DNA of 64,000 nucleotides, from NCBI GenBank assembly GCA_040220235.1, contig JAVJTO010000053.1; one strand, written 5' to 3'. Positions 30,701 through 37,832 of the stretch are shown one piece after another (within the stretch, counting starts at the first letter, position 1; each line of letters begins with the position of its first letter). Source of the stretch: Coleofasciculus sp. B1-GNL1-01. GTDB lineage: Bacteria > Cyanobacteriota > Cyanobacteriia > Cyanobacteriales > Coleofasciculaceae. Both the position numbers and the translations under genes were made by a program. Below the pieces are notes generated by a model. It saw only the letters and a list, made by a program, of their open reading frames with translations, did not search any database and was not told where the DNA came from.

Positions 30701-32235
30701 TTTGCTGTTCCCAGAATAAAGCGATCGCCTCCACTTCCGCCAGAGAGATTGTCCCGTTCACCTTGTCCAGGATTGAGACTATTACCATCAACACCCTCTA
30801 GGGTGTCATTCCCGGCTTCACCATAAAGACGGTCATTCCCGGCTCCCCCTTGAATCGAGTCATTGCCTTCATCTCCTTCGATGTAGTCATTCCCCGCACC
30901 CGCAATGAAGGTATCATTTCCGGCTCCCCCTCGAACATTGAAGTAACTTGCAGCCGTAGCGGTTACATTGTCATCTCCAGTTCCTCCTCGGAAGTGGAAA
31001 GCTTCAATTTCTTTAAAAGTTCCTCCAGCACCGTTACTGGTTTCAACGGTGGTATCTATAAAGTTGATGGTTAAACCTGTATCACCTGCGTAAAGGGAAA
31101 GGCGGTCGTATCCGGCTCCGCCAATAATGGTGTCGGCTTCAGCTCCGTCGTGGAACCCGTCGTTTCCTTCGCCACCATCGAGATAGTCTACTCCCTCCCC
31201 TCCCCACACATAGTCGTTCCCTTCTCCTCCCTCTAGGGTGTCATCTCCGGCGTCGCCATAAAGAGAGTCATTCCCGGCTCCCCCTTGAATTGAGTCATTG
31301 CCTTCATCTCCTTTGATGTTGTTATTCCCCGCACCCGCAATTAAGGTATCGTTTCCGGCTCCTCCGCTCGCATCGAAGTGAGCAGCCGTAGCGGTTACAT
31401 TGTCATCTCCAGTTCCTCCTGCGAAATAGAAAACTTCAATTTCTTTAAAGGTTCCTCCAGCACCGTTACTGGTTTCAACGGTTGTATCTATAAAGTTGAT
31501 GGTTAAACCTGTATCACCTGCGTAAAGGGAAAGGTAGTCGTGTCCGGCTCCGCCAATAATGGTGTCGGCTTCAGCTCCTTCGCTGAAGGAGTCGTGCCCT
31601 TCGCCACCATCGAGATAGTCAACTCCCTCCCCTCCGAAAACTTGGTCGTTCCCTTCTCTTCCCTCTAGGGTATCATTGCCTCCTAATCCTTCGATTAAAT
31701 CATCGCCAGAAGTTCCGGTGAGATTGTTATTGCCCGCATCTCCAGTCAAAGTCGCCATCTCAACGGTGACTACTTCGCCATTAACCTGGATAACACCGTG
31801 GTCATTCTCGGATTGCAACTGTTCTAATTTTGTAGCAGAAAGGCTTTCACCCCGTACCAAAGCCGAAAAAATTGCGCCCTCATCTCCAGGCGCATCTACA
31901 ACATTGAGGCGAGCATCCAAATAATGCCCAATCTCTTCTAACAGCACACTGACAATCAGATCTAGATTCCCCTCCGCCAGTAACTCAGAGGATAAATAAA
32001 TTTGATTGGTTGTCTGAGCATAGGCTCCCCTCGCTCCATGAAGCTTCGTGGAGGATAGCACTGTAATTCTTGGCAGTTCGCTGATTAACTGACTAAACTG
32101 CATCACATCAAGCTCTAGATCCTGACCATAGGCAAGTCGGAGCTTGGGTAAGAAATCAGCAGTAGCAGCAAACTCCTCTAGCAGATTCAGGCTGGCTTCG
32201 AGGGCAGATTTTAGGATGGGTGGATTGGTGGTCAC
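18712..32235 (-). CDS. Giant 4507-aa secreted multidomain protein: RTX Ca-binding repeats, Calx-beta, CARDB/Ig-like, Cys-rich segment, SdrD-B-like, S8 subtilase, T1SS C-terminal target domain
   Basis: GGxGxD nonapeptides; TATAxxDY/VTFADGET Calx-beta repeats; IIDTGID/HGSH/GTSQA triad; DVITDF...QIDPDG C-terminus. Confidence 0.9.
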   Translation of the reverse strand: MTTNPPILKSALEASLNLLEEFAATADFLPKLRLAYGQDLELDVMQFSQLISELPRITVLSSTKLHGARGAYAQTTNQIYLSSELLAEGNLDLIVSVLLEEIGHYLDARLNVVDAPGDEGAIFSALVRGESLSATKLEQLQSENDHGVIQVNGEVVTVEMATLTGDAGNNNLTGTSGDDLIEGLGGNDTLEGREGNDQVFGGEGVDYLDGGEGHDSFSEGAEADTIIGGAGHDYLSLYAGDTGLTINFIDTTVETSNGAGGTFKEIEVFYFAGGTGDDNVTATAAHFDASGGAGNDTLIAGAGNNNIKGDEGNDSIQGGAGNDSLYGDAGDDTLEGGEGNDYVWGGEGVDYLDGGEGNDGFHDGAEADTIIGGAGYDRLSLYAGDTGLTINFIDTTVETSNGAGGTFKEIEAFHFRGGTGDDNVTATAASYFNVRGGAGNDTFIAGAGNDYIEGDEGNDSIQGGAGNDRLYGEAGNDTLEGVDGNSLNPGQGERDNLSGGSGGDRFILGTANWIAYDDRNLTSAGTNDYAKITDFNPGDGDIVQLQGSANNYRLEVSGSDTNLYLDKAGSEPDELIAVFRNITTLDLSSSAFEYIAPIQQISFDSDSYSVDENGTISVTILRTGSLFGTVNATLTLTDGTATAPSDYTETPISIEFADGEDSKTVTLPIVNDSDFEDDETLNLALTNLSTGTTLGVYGTATLTILDDDTPVPGVLAFNRATYRVSEDGTPIIAVTVVRTGGSDLEVSATISLSDGTATAGQDYNNQDLTVTFADGETSQTVIIPVLDDTDYEPTETINLTLSNPSNGATLGTQTTAVVEIIDNDAVPGVLAFSQADYSINEDGTPIIAVTVNRTGGSDGAVSATISLSDGTATNPEDYTNNAVTVSFADGETEKTVEIPVADDGVFESDETINLSLVNPTNGATIGTQDTATLTIVDNDGEPGSIAFSGSIYSVNEDGTPIAGVTLVRTGGSNGEVSVTLTPSDGTAVAPDDYTSDAITVTFASGETEKTVSIPVNNDSVFEDTEVVNLTLSNPTNGVTLGTQTTAILNIVDDDAVPGVIEFDNANYTVNEDGTVVAAVTLLRTGGSDGDVSVRVTPSSGSATAGSDYVNNNPIVVNFANGETSKTVTIPIINDTVLEADETINLTLSNPNGGVSIGGQNTAVLTIIDNDFKPKLTVDITANSVNEGDGTLTATITRNTPTDAALEVSLVSSDESEITTPATVTIPVGETAVTVDLTVVDDTLLDPTQSVTLIATASGFNSGSDNISVLNNDTVNLTLNFAQSEIGEDGRVTTATITRDFVNDQPLVVQLSGDDGVILPDTVTIAANQTSATFNVEAVDNADLDGTQTVNITATPLYDGTSLGIVDQAVTATLDIIDDESPSLTVDIDRSLIAETGTATATITRNTDTTDPLTVTLSSSDTTEATVPTTVTIAAGETSVTAIVTGVSDGVSDGSQPVTISASATGLNSGNASLEVSDIEVPDLTVTQLNANSPAYTNQQAQFTYKVENLGLQNLSGTWIDRVYLSTDNKLDNSDELLTEFEITADIPVGQFYERNVSYFNPRTPGEYYLIAVTDEDNQVDEGTGIGETNNTVVTPFTVVPAYSAEVFTDTTVGIAGESLLFQGTARSNEDNSPIPFEFVTIEVENNGFTREFSGFTDADGNFVRSFTPLQDEGGTFNIRAYFPDNVGEDVGYEDSFTVLGAKLDANSANHDIIADTPFTASVQLENLTDTTLTGFTYDVSSLPENWDVQVNLPTQLDGNGSNTVGYTITAPNDSVITQDTFNINLTSAEGVTASLPVTVDLARIVPSLVADTSTITSGMLRGEQTFVEFELTNEGGAVAENIEVLLPNAPWLSLATTDTIASLAAGESTSVTLALTPGSDLALTEYTGNIVFDAAGNDGDLSLPFNFRAVSDATGDLTVNVVNELFYFAEGSPKLSGAEVIVRDYFTQAEVARMTTDDTGMVNFDDLAEGYYSLEVKAEDHSTFRQTVEINAGETESISSFLSLETVKYTWTVTETEIQDQYNITVESVFETDVPIPTVTVDPPSVDLADLQVVGQVTQIDMTFTNHGLIAANDLALNFSSHPFYKIEPLLDEIGSLDAKSSITVPVRITRIADFDTLGTLGGELSLQSTPNVPCNISVGLDYYYDCGPEQIKRAVPIPFFNAEGNCGDPVSSSGSSFGRGGRSSGEPGGVFPVSIQSTPSNCDPCVEKNKQAAVACSLTLIGCVPNPLSTAATVIACLSALGDGELTLGDGGCIPGPVGCAFGVLDCLNSICFGNEEQGNNNLANTLSPSASASGTIEAQLDKIAVYRDYWQSLANFYLLYFGDEIWLQVDEDQQSTAWLNAFGARTQGTTATELQISETERIELLSLDLPPALTGSDINKFIDRWNRTIEYWSQGIQNVADVPNGQSTDFITFNALNNVETEINQALLAIEIEGYTGLTAATQDALSEFQEALESDSSGVCAKVRIQINQEAVMTRSAFLGELIIENTSDTIDLEDITVNLEILDENGNSVNELFGITDPILQNISSVDGNGILNTNSSGSAEWTFIPTRSAAGETPEQYTIGGTLSYIQDGQLVTVPLLSTPITVNPQAELTLDYFQQRNVYGDDPFTDATEVAEPFSLAVLVQNNGFGDARNLSITSAQPEIVDNEKGLLIDFDIIGSQVNGENINPSLTADFGDIAAGETAVGEWLLKSSLQGKFIDYEATFEHINDLGNEELSLIKEVNIHELIQTVQADSDGLSDFLVNDEFDANFYPDTLYFSDGNTAPVTPIDTATVDAPVTILDLEAEISLTPTSGWNYIRLEDPANGQFEIEQILRSDGTVIDLDNIWRTDRTFPATGRPIYENILHFLDFDSTGSYTITYDSNDSAPPEVREIIDVDPNPRDIPIDSLTVVFTEAIRANTFDYQDLTLTLDNGTNLITDTVTISQVDPITFQINNLTSITGNIGQYQLSIDSTGVEDLSGNIGAGTVTENWLFTGDRPAVQAIEGFSSNLLSTAVDQFTVIFTEPIQPNSFDYTDITLTRNEGGNLVNDTITISQLDNLTYQVSNLSQFTDTEGDYELLVTANNIQDTDNNNGVGGKGFTWVLDNTAPTLTDIDDVTSPRNTAISSVEVSFDQAIDPDTFDYQDLTLTVEGGTNLVTAEVEIDKRNETTYTIKGLTFLQDTNGEYTLTVNGAGIEDNAGNTTTNDLSTTWQLDRTDPLLATNIQVSATPTTSQLNTTATSLTTLNEYGQYRVNSPNITVTGDLPEANLRVYLTDATTGESLGQATVTNTSFSADIQLSGVGSRTVELRLVDEAGNDSTGTIDIFADVTQPVILDFLNVPDTATLDPVTYLDVQFSEIIDLNTFDKTDISLLRDGQAVTLPDTVTISQVSGSTYRINGLDTLTTTPGTYSLEVNATTLQDNAGNSGIAAETAIFTIAEPPTPGVTLTATGGNTTVTEGGNTDTYSIILDTQPTADVTVTLTVGAGITTDTNILTFNDSNWNQPQTITVTAVNDTTPEGDHTATITHTTNSSDSNYNNLTLPNINVSISDNDAEIQGMKWHDLDGDGVKDTDEPGLQGWTIYLDSNTNGQLDAGEISVVTDENGNYTFTNLRPDTYTVAEVMQEGWQQTYPQVNVTTTGAEIELYIPNSPIISNETYTTTSATNLINLDDFWADARFTDIKGTGFTSVIIDTGIDLNHPLFGADDDNNGIADKILYQYDFADQDNNASDKNNHGSHIASIFSSIAPDANLIVLKVFSDEGSGFFSDLEAALQWVTTNADAYNVASVNLSLGDNQNWITQTARYGIGDELAALASQNILIAAAAGNSFYQYASTPGLAYPAIDPNVISVGAVWADNFGSRTFTGGAGDYTTDTDRIASFSQRHPELLDTFAPGILITGANATGGTISMGGTSQATPYVTALATLAQEIAQEYLGRKLSVTEFRTLLETTGDLIIDGDDENDNVSNTGASYPRINAIALAEAILNLDGSDSTSTPDHPDNNSTNDPIYIPENTFSLVHTVNLTAGQVATDIDFGNQLIPPILSITPTDAEKEEGDSGTTAYSFTLTRAENTTGETSVTYEVTGSGNNPANADDFGGTFPSDTVTFADGETEKEITVEVTGDSQVEPDENFTLNLTNPSGGAQITNGTATGTILNDDTENTPPQAFYFSTDANTYSPGETLSLTNAWVLDPDGTSDIERVDMWLLAPEGDWRNVEDAEDFEPWSGGNQWASFDEYTLDLSGLESGEYTLWGKAYDSAGNASDAYTTTFEINNTPPQAFYFSTDANTYSPGETLSLTNAWVLDPDGISDIERVDMWLLPPEGDWRNVEDAEDFEPWSGGNQWASFDEYTLDLSGLESGEYTLWGKAYDSAGNASDAYTTTFEVSSVSQSTQTQSNTQTLSQVQQESSSTSSGDELTGMAANDSLVTQQDGDKLTKSDSNDPFVYTSLSESGDVITDFQVADDQIVLTEVLESVDYQGSDALADGYVRLVQGSSATQVQIDPDGLQGQETFSTFITLEDVSAAELSASNFVF

Positions 32236-32454
32236 GGTTAAAACTTCTGTCAGGAATGTTGTAATGCCTTCATTTTTGTGTCTTTGTGACTACACTCGTA
32301 TGAGTTGTTAAAGTGAAATTCTTCATATATAGCCAAATATACTTACATATTTTCACTTAGATGACTACTAATATTTGGGAAATTTTTAGATTCTGTAACC
32401 AAACGAGTTGAAAGTTAAGCATTTTAGGGGTCAACCCCTAGTCGCTCTAAGCAT

Positions 32455-32560
32455 TAAGCTGTCATGCATTTAAATTGGGAATGGGTAGCGAGCAAGATGC
32501 TCGCACTACGGCAAGGATTTCGCCATTATTGATATTAAGGTTTACATGCCGAACAGCTTA
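32455..32560. mobile_element. MITE with TAAGCTGT...ACAGCTTA termini and a central GTAGCGAGCAAGATGCTCGCACTAC hairpin
   Basis: Inverted copy at 40131-40239. Confidence 0.8.
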
Positions 32561-32737
32561 GCTTGAATTAACCTACCAGGCGGAGAACTGGAGTTCATTA
32601 TTCCGTTGTTCCTTGCACCCTTGCTCCTTCCTTTCTGCCCTCTGCCTTGTCTTCACCTAAGTATGAGTATTCAACCGGACATGATATGAAACTTCTCCTG
32701 TTCGCTCAAAACCAAAGTCCAGTACTTAAACTTTTAC

Positions 32738-34843
32738 TTAAAACTGATAGCGAACCGAAAAGTGAAATCCCTCATCTTGAGCATTTTTACCCTGATCCTC
32801 CAGTTCTACTAAAGGTAAACCATAGTCAAGGCGCAAATCTAATCCAGGTAGCGGTTGCCAAAGTATTCCCATACCCAGACTGGCTAAAAACTGTTCTTGA
32901 GGCAGAATATTCTGATTATCAGGATTATTCCACACCCAACCCGCATTGAAAAATGGCGCAATTTGGAACGTTGACGCACCTGATGCATTTTCCTCTAAGG
33001 TGATCCGGTCTTCTAGGAATAATCGCACCCCATTATCACCGAGGCGAATGTTCTGTCGATAGCCGCGCACGGATTGAGCGCCACCAATGACAAATTGTTG
33101 CGACGGTAAAAGAGTGTTGGGGGTTAGTTGAATGTCAGCCCCCATAATTAAAAAATGACCATCACTGAAAATTTGAACTCGTTGGATCTGACCCAGCCAG
33201 CTCAAAAAACGTCCATCTGGAGTGGGATCGGGATTAACGGTAGCATCCAACCAGCCTGTACCCAGACTAAAGAGCGATCGCACTGACCAGGCTCCTCTGG
33301 AATCACGACGTAGGTAGTCTTGTCCAAATTGAATCACACTGGTGCGGGTTATCCCGTCTGCATTGGCGCCAGGACTTAAAGGGTTAGGCATATTCAAAAA
33401 AAATGTCTGACTTTCCCTATGGCTAAAACCCAGGGATAGGGCGAATCGTTCACGGGCGGTGCGAATTAAGGGTTGAGTAAAACTAATCTCATACTGTTTT
33501 GATTCCCCCTCAATACCGAATTGAGCAAAGGGTTCGGCTGTGACTTGATTGCGATCAACGCTGGCTTGCACTTGCAGCGTGCCATTTTTCGGATTCAGGG
33601 GAAGGCGATAGCCCATGTTAATCACCTTTGAGCCGCCCGTGGTGGAATAGGAGGAACTAGCCGTCAGTTCATCCCCATACCCGGTTAGATTACGATAGCG
33701 TCCATTTACGCCCAATCGTTCTGAACCCACGCTGGGCGGTGAATAGTTATCGACGGTGAAGCTACCTTCAAAGGGATTGGCTTCAACCACACGAATAATT
33801 AAATTGCTTTTTCCCGGTTGACTACCAGCACGAAGACTCGCGTCTACAGACTCAAACAAGGGATTCGCCCGCAGTAGCCGCAATTTATCTTCCAAGCGAG
33901 CGGTATTTAGGGGTGTGCTGACGCCTAGCTGAATCCGATTCTGGATATAACTGGGTTTAAGGCGGCGAATCCCCTCAATTTTAATCTCTTCCAGACTCCC
34001 TTCCAGGACAAAAATCTCTACGACACCATCAGTAATAACCTGGTCTACTAGAATGGCTCTTGAGGTGATGTAGCCACGATTTAAATAGAGTTGAGTGATG
34101 GCATCGGCAGCCTGTTGCAATTGTTGTAGGGTAACCGCTTCGCCTTCCAAGGGTTGGACAATGGGATTGAAGTCCTCGGGTTCAAAGATAGTGCTACCTG
34201 TGACATTGATTTTCTCGATTTGAATCATCTCCAGGTTAGAATTCGTGGGACGAGAGGGAGTGGGTTCAGGTTGGGTCAATGGTGGGGACTGATCAGGACG
34301 TAAGGGTTCAGGACTAGGCGTGGGTTGAGGAAAACGATCGTCCGGATTGGGTTGGATGGTTTCGGGGTTGGGAATCGTGGGCGGGGTTTGTGCGATCTGG
34401 AGATCATCCAGGTCAGTGTAATCTGGGGTAAAAATAGGGTTGAGTGATGAGTGTATAGGGATGGGTTTTACTTCCACCGTATTGAATGGGAGGTCTTGGG
34501 TTAGTTCATGTTTCTCTAAAGAGAGATCATTGCCGTCTACTATGCCACTTGACTCTTTTCCTGGGAGCCATTTACCCTCTGTCCTAGAGTCATCTTCTGC
34601 CTTCTGCCCTCTGCCCTCTGCCTTCTGAAAACCTTCTGCCTCCTGAGATTGCTGCTGAGAGAGTTCCATCAGATTGGGTGGGTTGACGGGTGTCTGGCTC
34701 ATCTGAGACACAGACATCGGAGTTGTACCCAGCGCCGTTGGTGCATGTAAACCCATAATCCCCACCCAAACAGGTGTCAGTTGTCCCAGAATCTGCCCCT
34801 TTAAAAACATCTGCATGAAAAGCTTACTCCCCGACTCTTTCAT
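32738..34843 (-). CDS. ShlB/FhaC/HecB (TpsB/Omp85) outer-membrane secretion protein
   Basis: POTRA motif (ITQLYLNRGYITSRA), SVRGYRQN loop motif, C-terminal Phe. Confidence 0.93.
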   Translation of the reverse strand: MKESGSKLFMQMFLKGQILGQLTPVWVGIMGLHAPTALGTTPMSVSQMSQTPVNPPNLMELSQQQSQEAEGFQKAEGRGQKAEDDSRTEGKWLPGKESSGIVDGNDLSLEKHELTQDLPFNTVEVKPIPIHSSLNPIFTPDYTDLDDLQIAQTPPTIPNPETIQPNPDDRFPQPTPSPEPLRPDQSPPLTQPEPTPSRPTNSNLEMIQIEKINVTGSTIFEPEDFNPIVQPLEGEAVTLQQLQQAADAITQLYLNRGYITSRAILVDQVITDGVVEIFVLEGSLEEIKIEGIRRLKPSYIQNRIQLGVSTPLNTARLEDKLRLLRANPLFESVDASLRAGSQPGKSNLIIRVVEANPFEGSFTVDNYSPPSVGSERLGVNGRYRNLTGYGDELTASSSYSTTGGSKVINMGYRLPLNPKNGTLQVQASVDRNQVTAEPFAQFGIEGESKQYEISFTQPLIRTARERFALSLGFSHRESQTFFLNMPNPLSPGANADGITRTSVIQFGQDYLRRDSRGAWSVRSLFSLGTGWLDATVNPDPTPDGRFLSWLGQIQRVQIFSDGHFLIMGADIQLTPNTLLPSQQFVIGGAQSVRGYRQNIRLGDNGVRLFLEDRITLEENASGASTFQIAPFFNAGWVWNNPDNQNILPQEQFLASLGMGILWQPLPGLDLRLDYGLPLVELEDQGKNAQDEGFHFSVRYQF

Positions 34844-35158
34844 CGTTGAGCGCCCCTAGCGACTAATTGTTCTGGAATAACTGCTCCTAAGCTCATACTA
34901 TAGAGTCCAGCGCCTAAATATCGCGTCTGATGTTCTACTCTACTCTTCGAGGAGGGTTTAGCCCAAGCAGAAACCGCTTGCGCCTCTATGTCATTTGTAC
35001 GCACAGTTTTTTTACCAATGACCAAAGTTCAGACGCGCCCTGGTACGTCTTGACGGCGGTATTGTCATCCCTTCAGGAGCAAGGAATTTCTCCCATACCC
35101 GACACCTTACACCCGATACCCTACACCCAGTCTTCCTTTTAGCTTTCTTGTCACTCCT

Positions 35159-35725
35159 TCAGGGTTCTACCTCTGACCAAAGCCGTTCTAAGCGCCGTTG
35201 CCATTGTGCCAAGACTTCTTCGGTTTGTTCTCTGGATTCCATCTCACCCATCAAACCTTCCCGATAAAAGCGATCCAGAGTTTGCAAGGTTGTCTCAAAG
35301 GATTGCCCTTGCTGCTTTGCCGCTCGAATGATTTGACGAATTTGACGGTCTACAAACTGGTCAAAGCTAGAGTCTAAACCCTGTTGACACAAAGCAACCA
35401 ATCGTATAAGTGCATAACCAAAATCATCAGGGTCAAGCGTCTCCCGCTTATGTTGAAAGACGCCCCAAAGCACATTTTGATTCAGGGCATAGCGAGTGTC
35501 CTGAGTTTCATCAAAATTGGCTTCTAGGAGTTGTTCCAGAAAGGGTTGGGCGTCTTGAGCTGATGCTATGGGAACCAAAATTCTTAGCCAAGACTGGTCT
35601 GAGGATAGCAGGATTAACACTCTCAGTTGAGGTGTTTCCACCTGCCATGTCCCTGATTCTACCTGTTGAACCGCCTGGGAATTAAAAAGTTCTGTCAGCT
35701 TGACAGTAATTTCTTCGGGTTTCAT
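35159..35725 (-). CDS. Hypothetical protein, YbjN/T3SS-chaperone-like fold
   Basis: WLRILVPI, LLEANFDETQDTRYAL resemble this family. Confidence 0.65.
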   Translation of the reverse strand: MKPEEITVKLTELFNSQAVQQVESGTWQVETPQLRVLILLSSDQSWLRILVPIASAQDAQPFLEQLLEANFDETQDTRYALNQNVLWGVFQHKRETLDPDDFGYALIRLVALCQQGLDSSFDQFVDRQIRQIIRAAKQQGQSFETTLQTLDRFYREGLMGEMESREQTEEVLAQWQRRLERLWSEVEP

Positions 35726-35749
35726 CTTGTTTTTTCCAGAGAATTTCGT

Positions 35750-35778
35750 AAAAAAATCCCCCGACAGTGGTCAGGGGA
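35750..35778 (-). terminator. Intrinsic terminator after the DUF4912 gene
   Basis: Minus strand TCCCCTGAC...GTCGGGGGA followed by a T run. Confidence 0.65.
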
Positions 35779-35871
35779 CACTTCTAGAAGTATGAAAGAT
35801 TCGGGATGAAGTGTGAAGTGGCAAGATTGACGATAGTTATTCGTTATCCTTTGTGCTTCACCCTGTAATCG

Positions 35872-37140
35872 TTACAGCCATTCGGGAACCATTTCTTCTT
35901 TGGTGTTGGTATTGCGTGAGGGCGTCTCGCGGGTAAATTTCATCTGAATTGAGCGAGTTTGTTCGCCATCTGCTGCGACTGCCATGATGGGATAGTCGAT
36001 CAAACCATCTTGGAAGGACATCTGGAAGCGGAAGGTTCCGTCTGGGTTTAGTTTAATTGGACGCCCGCCAATGGTTACGGTGGCATCGGGTTCGGTTGCA
36101 CCGTAGACAATCAATTCAGCATCGGCAACCAACCAGAACTGACGAGGACGAATGGGTGGCATAGAAGCAGACATCCCCATCCCGACTCCGGACATGCCAA
36201 CACCGGACATGGTTAAGCCAGACATGGTGGGTACAGCCCACATCCCTACCCCAGAGGGGAAGATGTAGGAACTGACGGATTGAGACGGAGCCATCGATCC
36301 AGGAACATGCTGCATTGAACCGTACATAGAACCCGCGACGCGCTGAGCTTCGGCAGATTTTGCCATGCCAAAGATTTCGTCGTAGATGGGGTTGTCGGTA
36401 TGGGCGGTATCTGCGGTAATCGGTTGGCGCTTGCTGGGAGGAACCAATTCGTATACCGTCTTGCCTTGGAGTTCTTCCTCCCAGTTAACGGTGATGAATT
36501 GATCTTCAATCCAGTCACTGGGATAAACCGGGGGAACATGGACGGGTGTAGAACGGGCTAGGATTAACCAACGACCATCGGCACAACGATAACCGATATC
36601 CACTACGTAGTCGCGATCGCTAACGGGTAGCGGTAAGTACCATTCCCGTGCTAATTCGTCACAGGGATATTCCTGAATGCTATGGGCGCTTTGGTATTCC
36701 AGGTTAATATCGGTGACATCATAAATCCGCAGCGCTAATTGCTGTCCGCCCTGACGCCGCAGATCTTCCTTGTGTTCATTCGGAATATCCCAGTAGGTAT
36801 ACGCCCATTGAGGATCGCGGGGCATGAGGACGATCCGACTTTCTCCATAGCCAGCGGGTAAATCAGGTAATCCTTCGTCTACAGATGCTAGATCACCGCC
36901 AGTGCGATCGTCTTGACCGAGTTCAAATTTAGATGCTTCCACTTCTGGTTGTGCCTCCACTGTGCTAGTTGGACTGAGTGAGATTTTGGTATGTTGGACT
37001 TTTTGAATTTCTGCCAGTAACTGTGCTTTACGCATCCGGCTATACCGTGAGATGCCGTATTCACTCGCAACTCTACGCAGTTGCCGTAAGGTCATCTCTT
37101 CTAAAGGTGGGCGTTCTTTTGCCATGAATATGCTCTCCAA
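35872..37140 (-). CDS. DUF4912-domain protein with Rho-N-like N-terminus (start may be the second Met)
   Basis: MTLRQLRRVASEYGISRYSRMRK; LPAGYGESRIVLMPRDPQWAYTYWD; FWLVADAELIVYGATEP. Confidence 0.88.
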   Translation of the reverse strand: MESIFMAKERPPLEEMTLRQLRRVASEYGISRYSRMRKAQLLAEIQKVQHTKISLSPTSTVEAQPEVEASKFELGQDDRTGGDLASVDEGLPDLPAGYGESRIVLMPRDPQWAYTYWDIPNEHKEDLRRQGGQQLALRIYDVTDINLEYQSAHSIQEYPCDELAREWYLPLPVSDRDYVVDIGYRCADGRWLILARSTPVHVPPVYPSDWIEDQFITVNWEEELQGKTVYELVPPSKRQPITADTAHTDNPIYDEIFGMAKSAEAQRVAGSMYGSMQHVPGSMAPSQSVSSYIFPSGVGMWAVPTMSGLTMSGVGMSGVGMGMSASMPPIRPRQFWLVADAELIVYGATEPDATVTIGGRPIKLNPDGTFRFQMSFQDGLIDYPIMAVAADGEQTRSIQMKFTRETPSRNTNTKEEMVPEWL

Positions 37141-37564
37141 TTGTTAGGTCGGTAGGTTGTATCTCTCCTGGTGAATCAAAAAATGGGGATCATAATTTAA
37201 CAACATCGCATTTGATATTTGATAAAGGTTGATGATTCCTACCGCCTTGGAGTAAGTCAGTCTCGGTGACGTATTGCTTTCGTCTTTCGTTTGGGCAGGT
37301 ACAAACTCACGCACGACTTACTCTTTAGGCTGACGTTGGGATTACTCCCGATAACACTTAGATTTCTCCAGTAAGGATCACAGAAATACTGCTTTGAGTA
37401 TTTCTTTGGGATCGCTGTTATTTATCTATGTACCAGAAAAGCCTTAGGTGTGGTCAAGGAGATCAAGACGCCAATTTTCAAGAATTGACGAATTTTCAAG
37501 CTTACCGGGGATCGCAATGTCATAGTTTCATGACATTTACGAGAAAAGGGGGATCGCTTAGTGG

Positions 37565-37832
37565 TGAGGGGGAGATGGGGGAGCGGTGTAGAGACGTAGC
37601 ATGCTACGTCTGGGAGCTGGGGGAGATGAGGGAGATGGGGAAGGTGAGGGAGATGAGGGAGATGGGGGAGATGAGAGAGATAGAGGAGTCATGTTCCAGG
37701 CGTGATGACAGAAGCATCTGTCTGTAGGGGCGGGTTTAGGGACTAATATTGATTGTTATCCCTAGCTTGGCAGCAAAACCCGCCCCAACCAAATGACAAA
37801 TGACAAATGACAAATGACAAATGACAAATGAC
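37565..37832. repeat. Compound repeat block: 9-mer GGGAGATG arrays, GTAGAGACG palindrome, REP doublet (37723-37786), (AAATGAC)n
   Basis: Directly visible. Confidence 0.85.

Noticed and set aside
18838..31924. Many antisense and alternate-frame ORFs within the giant gene (likewise within the CHAT and RND genes)
   Set aside because: Shadow ORFs from codon bias, with no recognisable motifs
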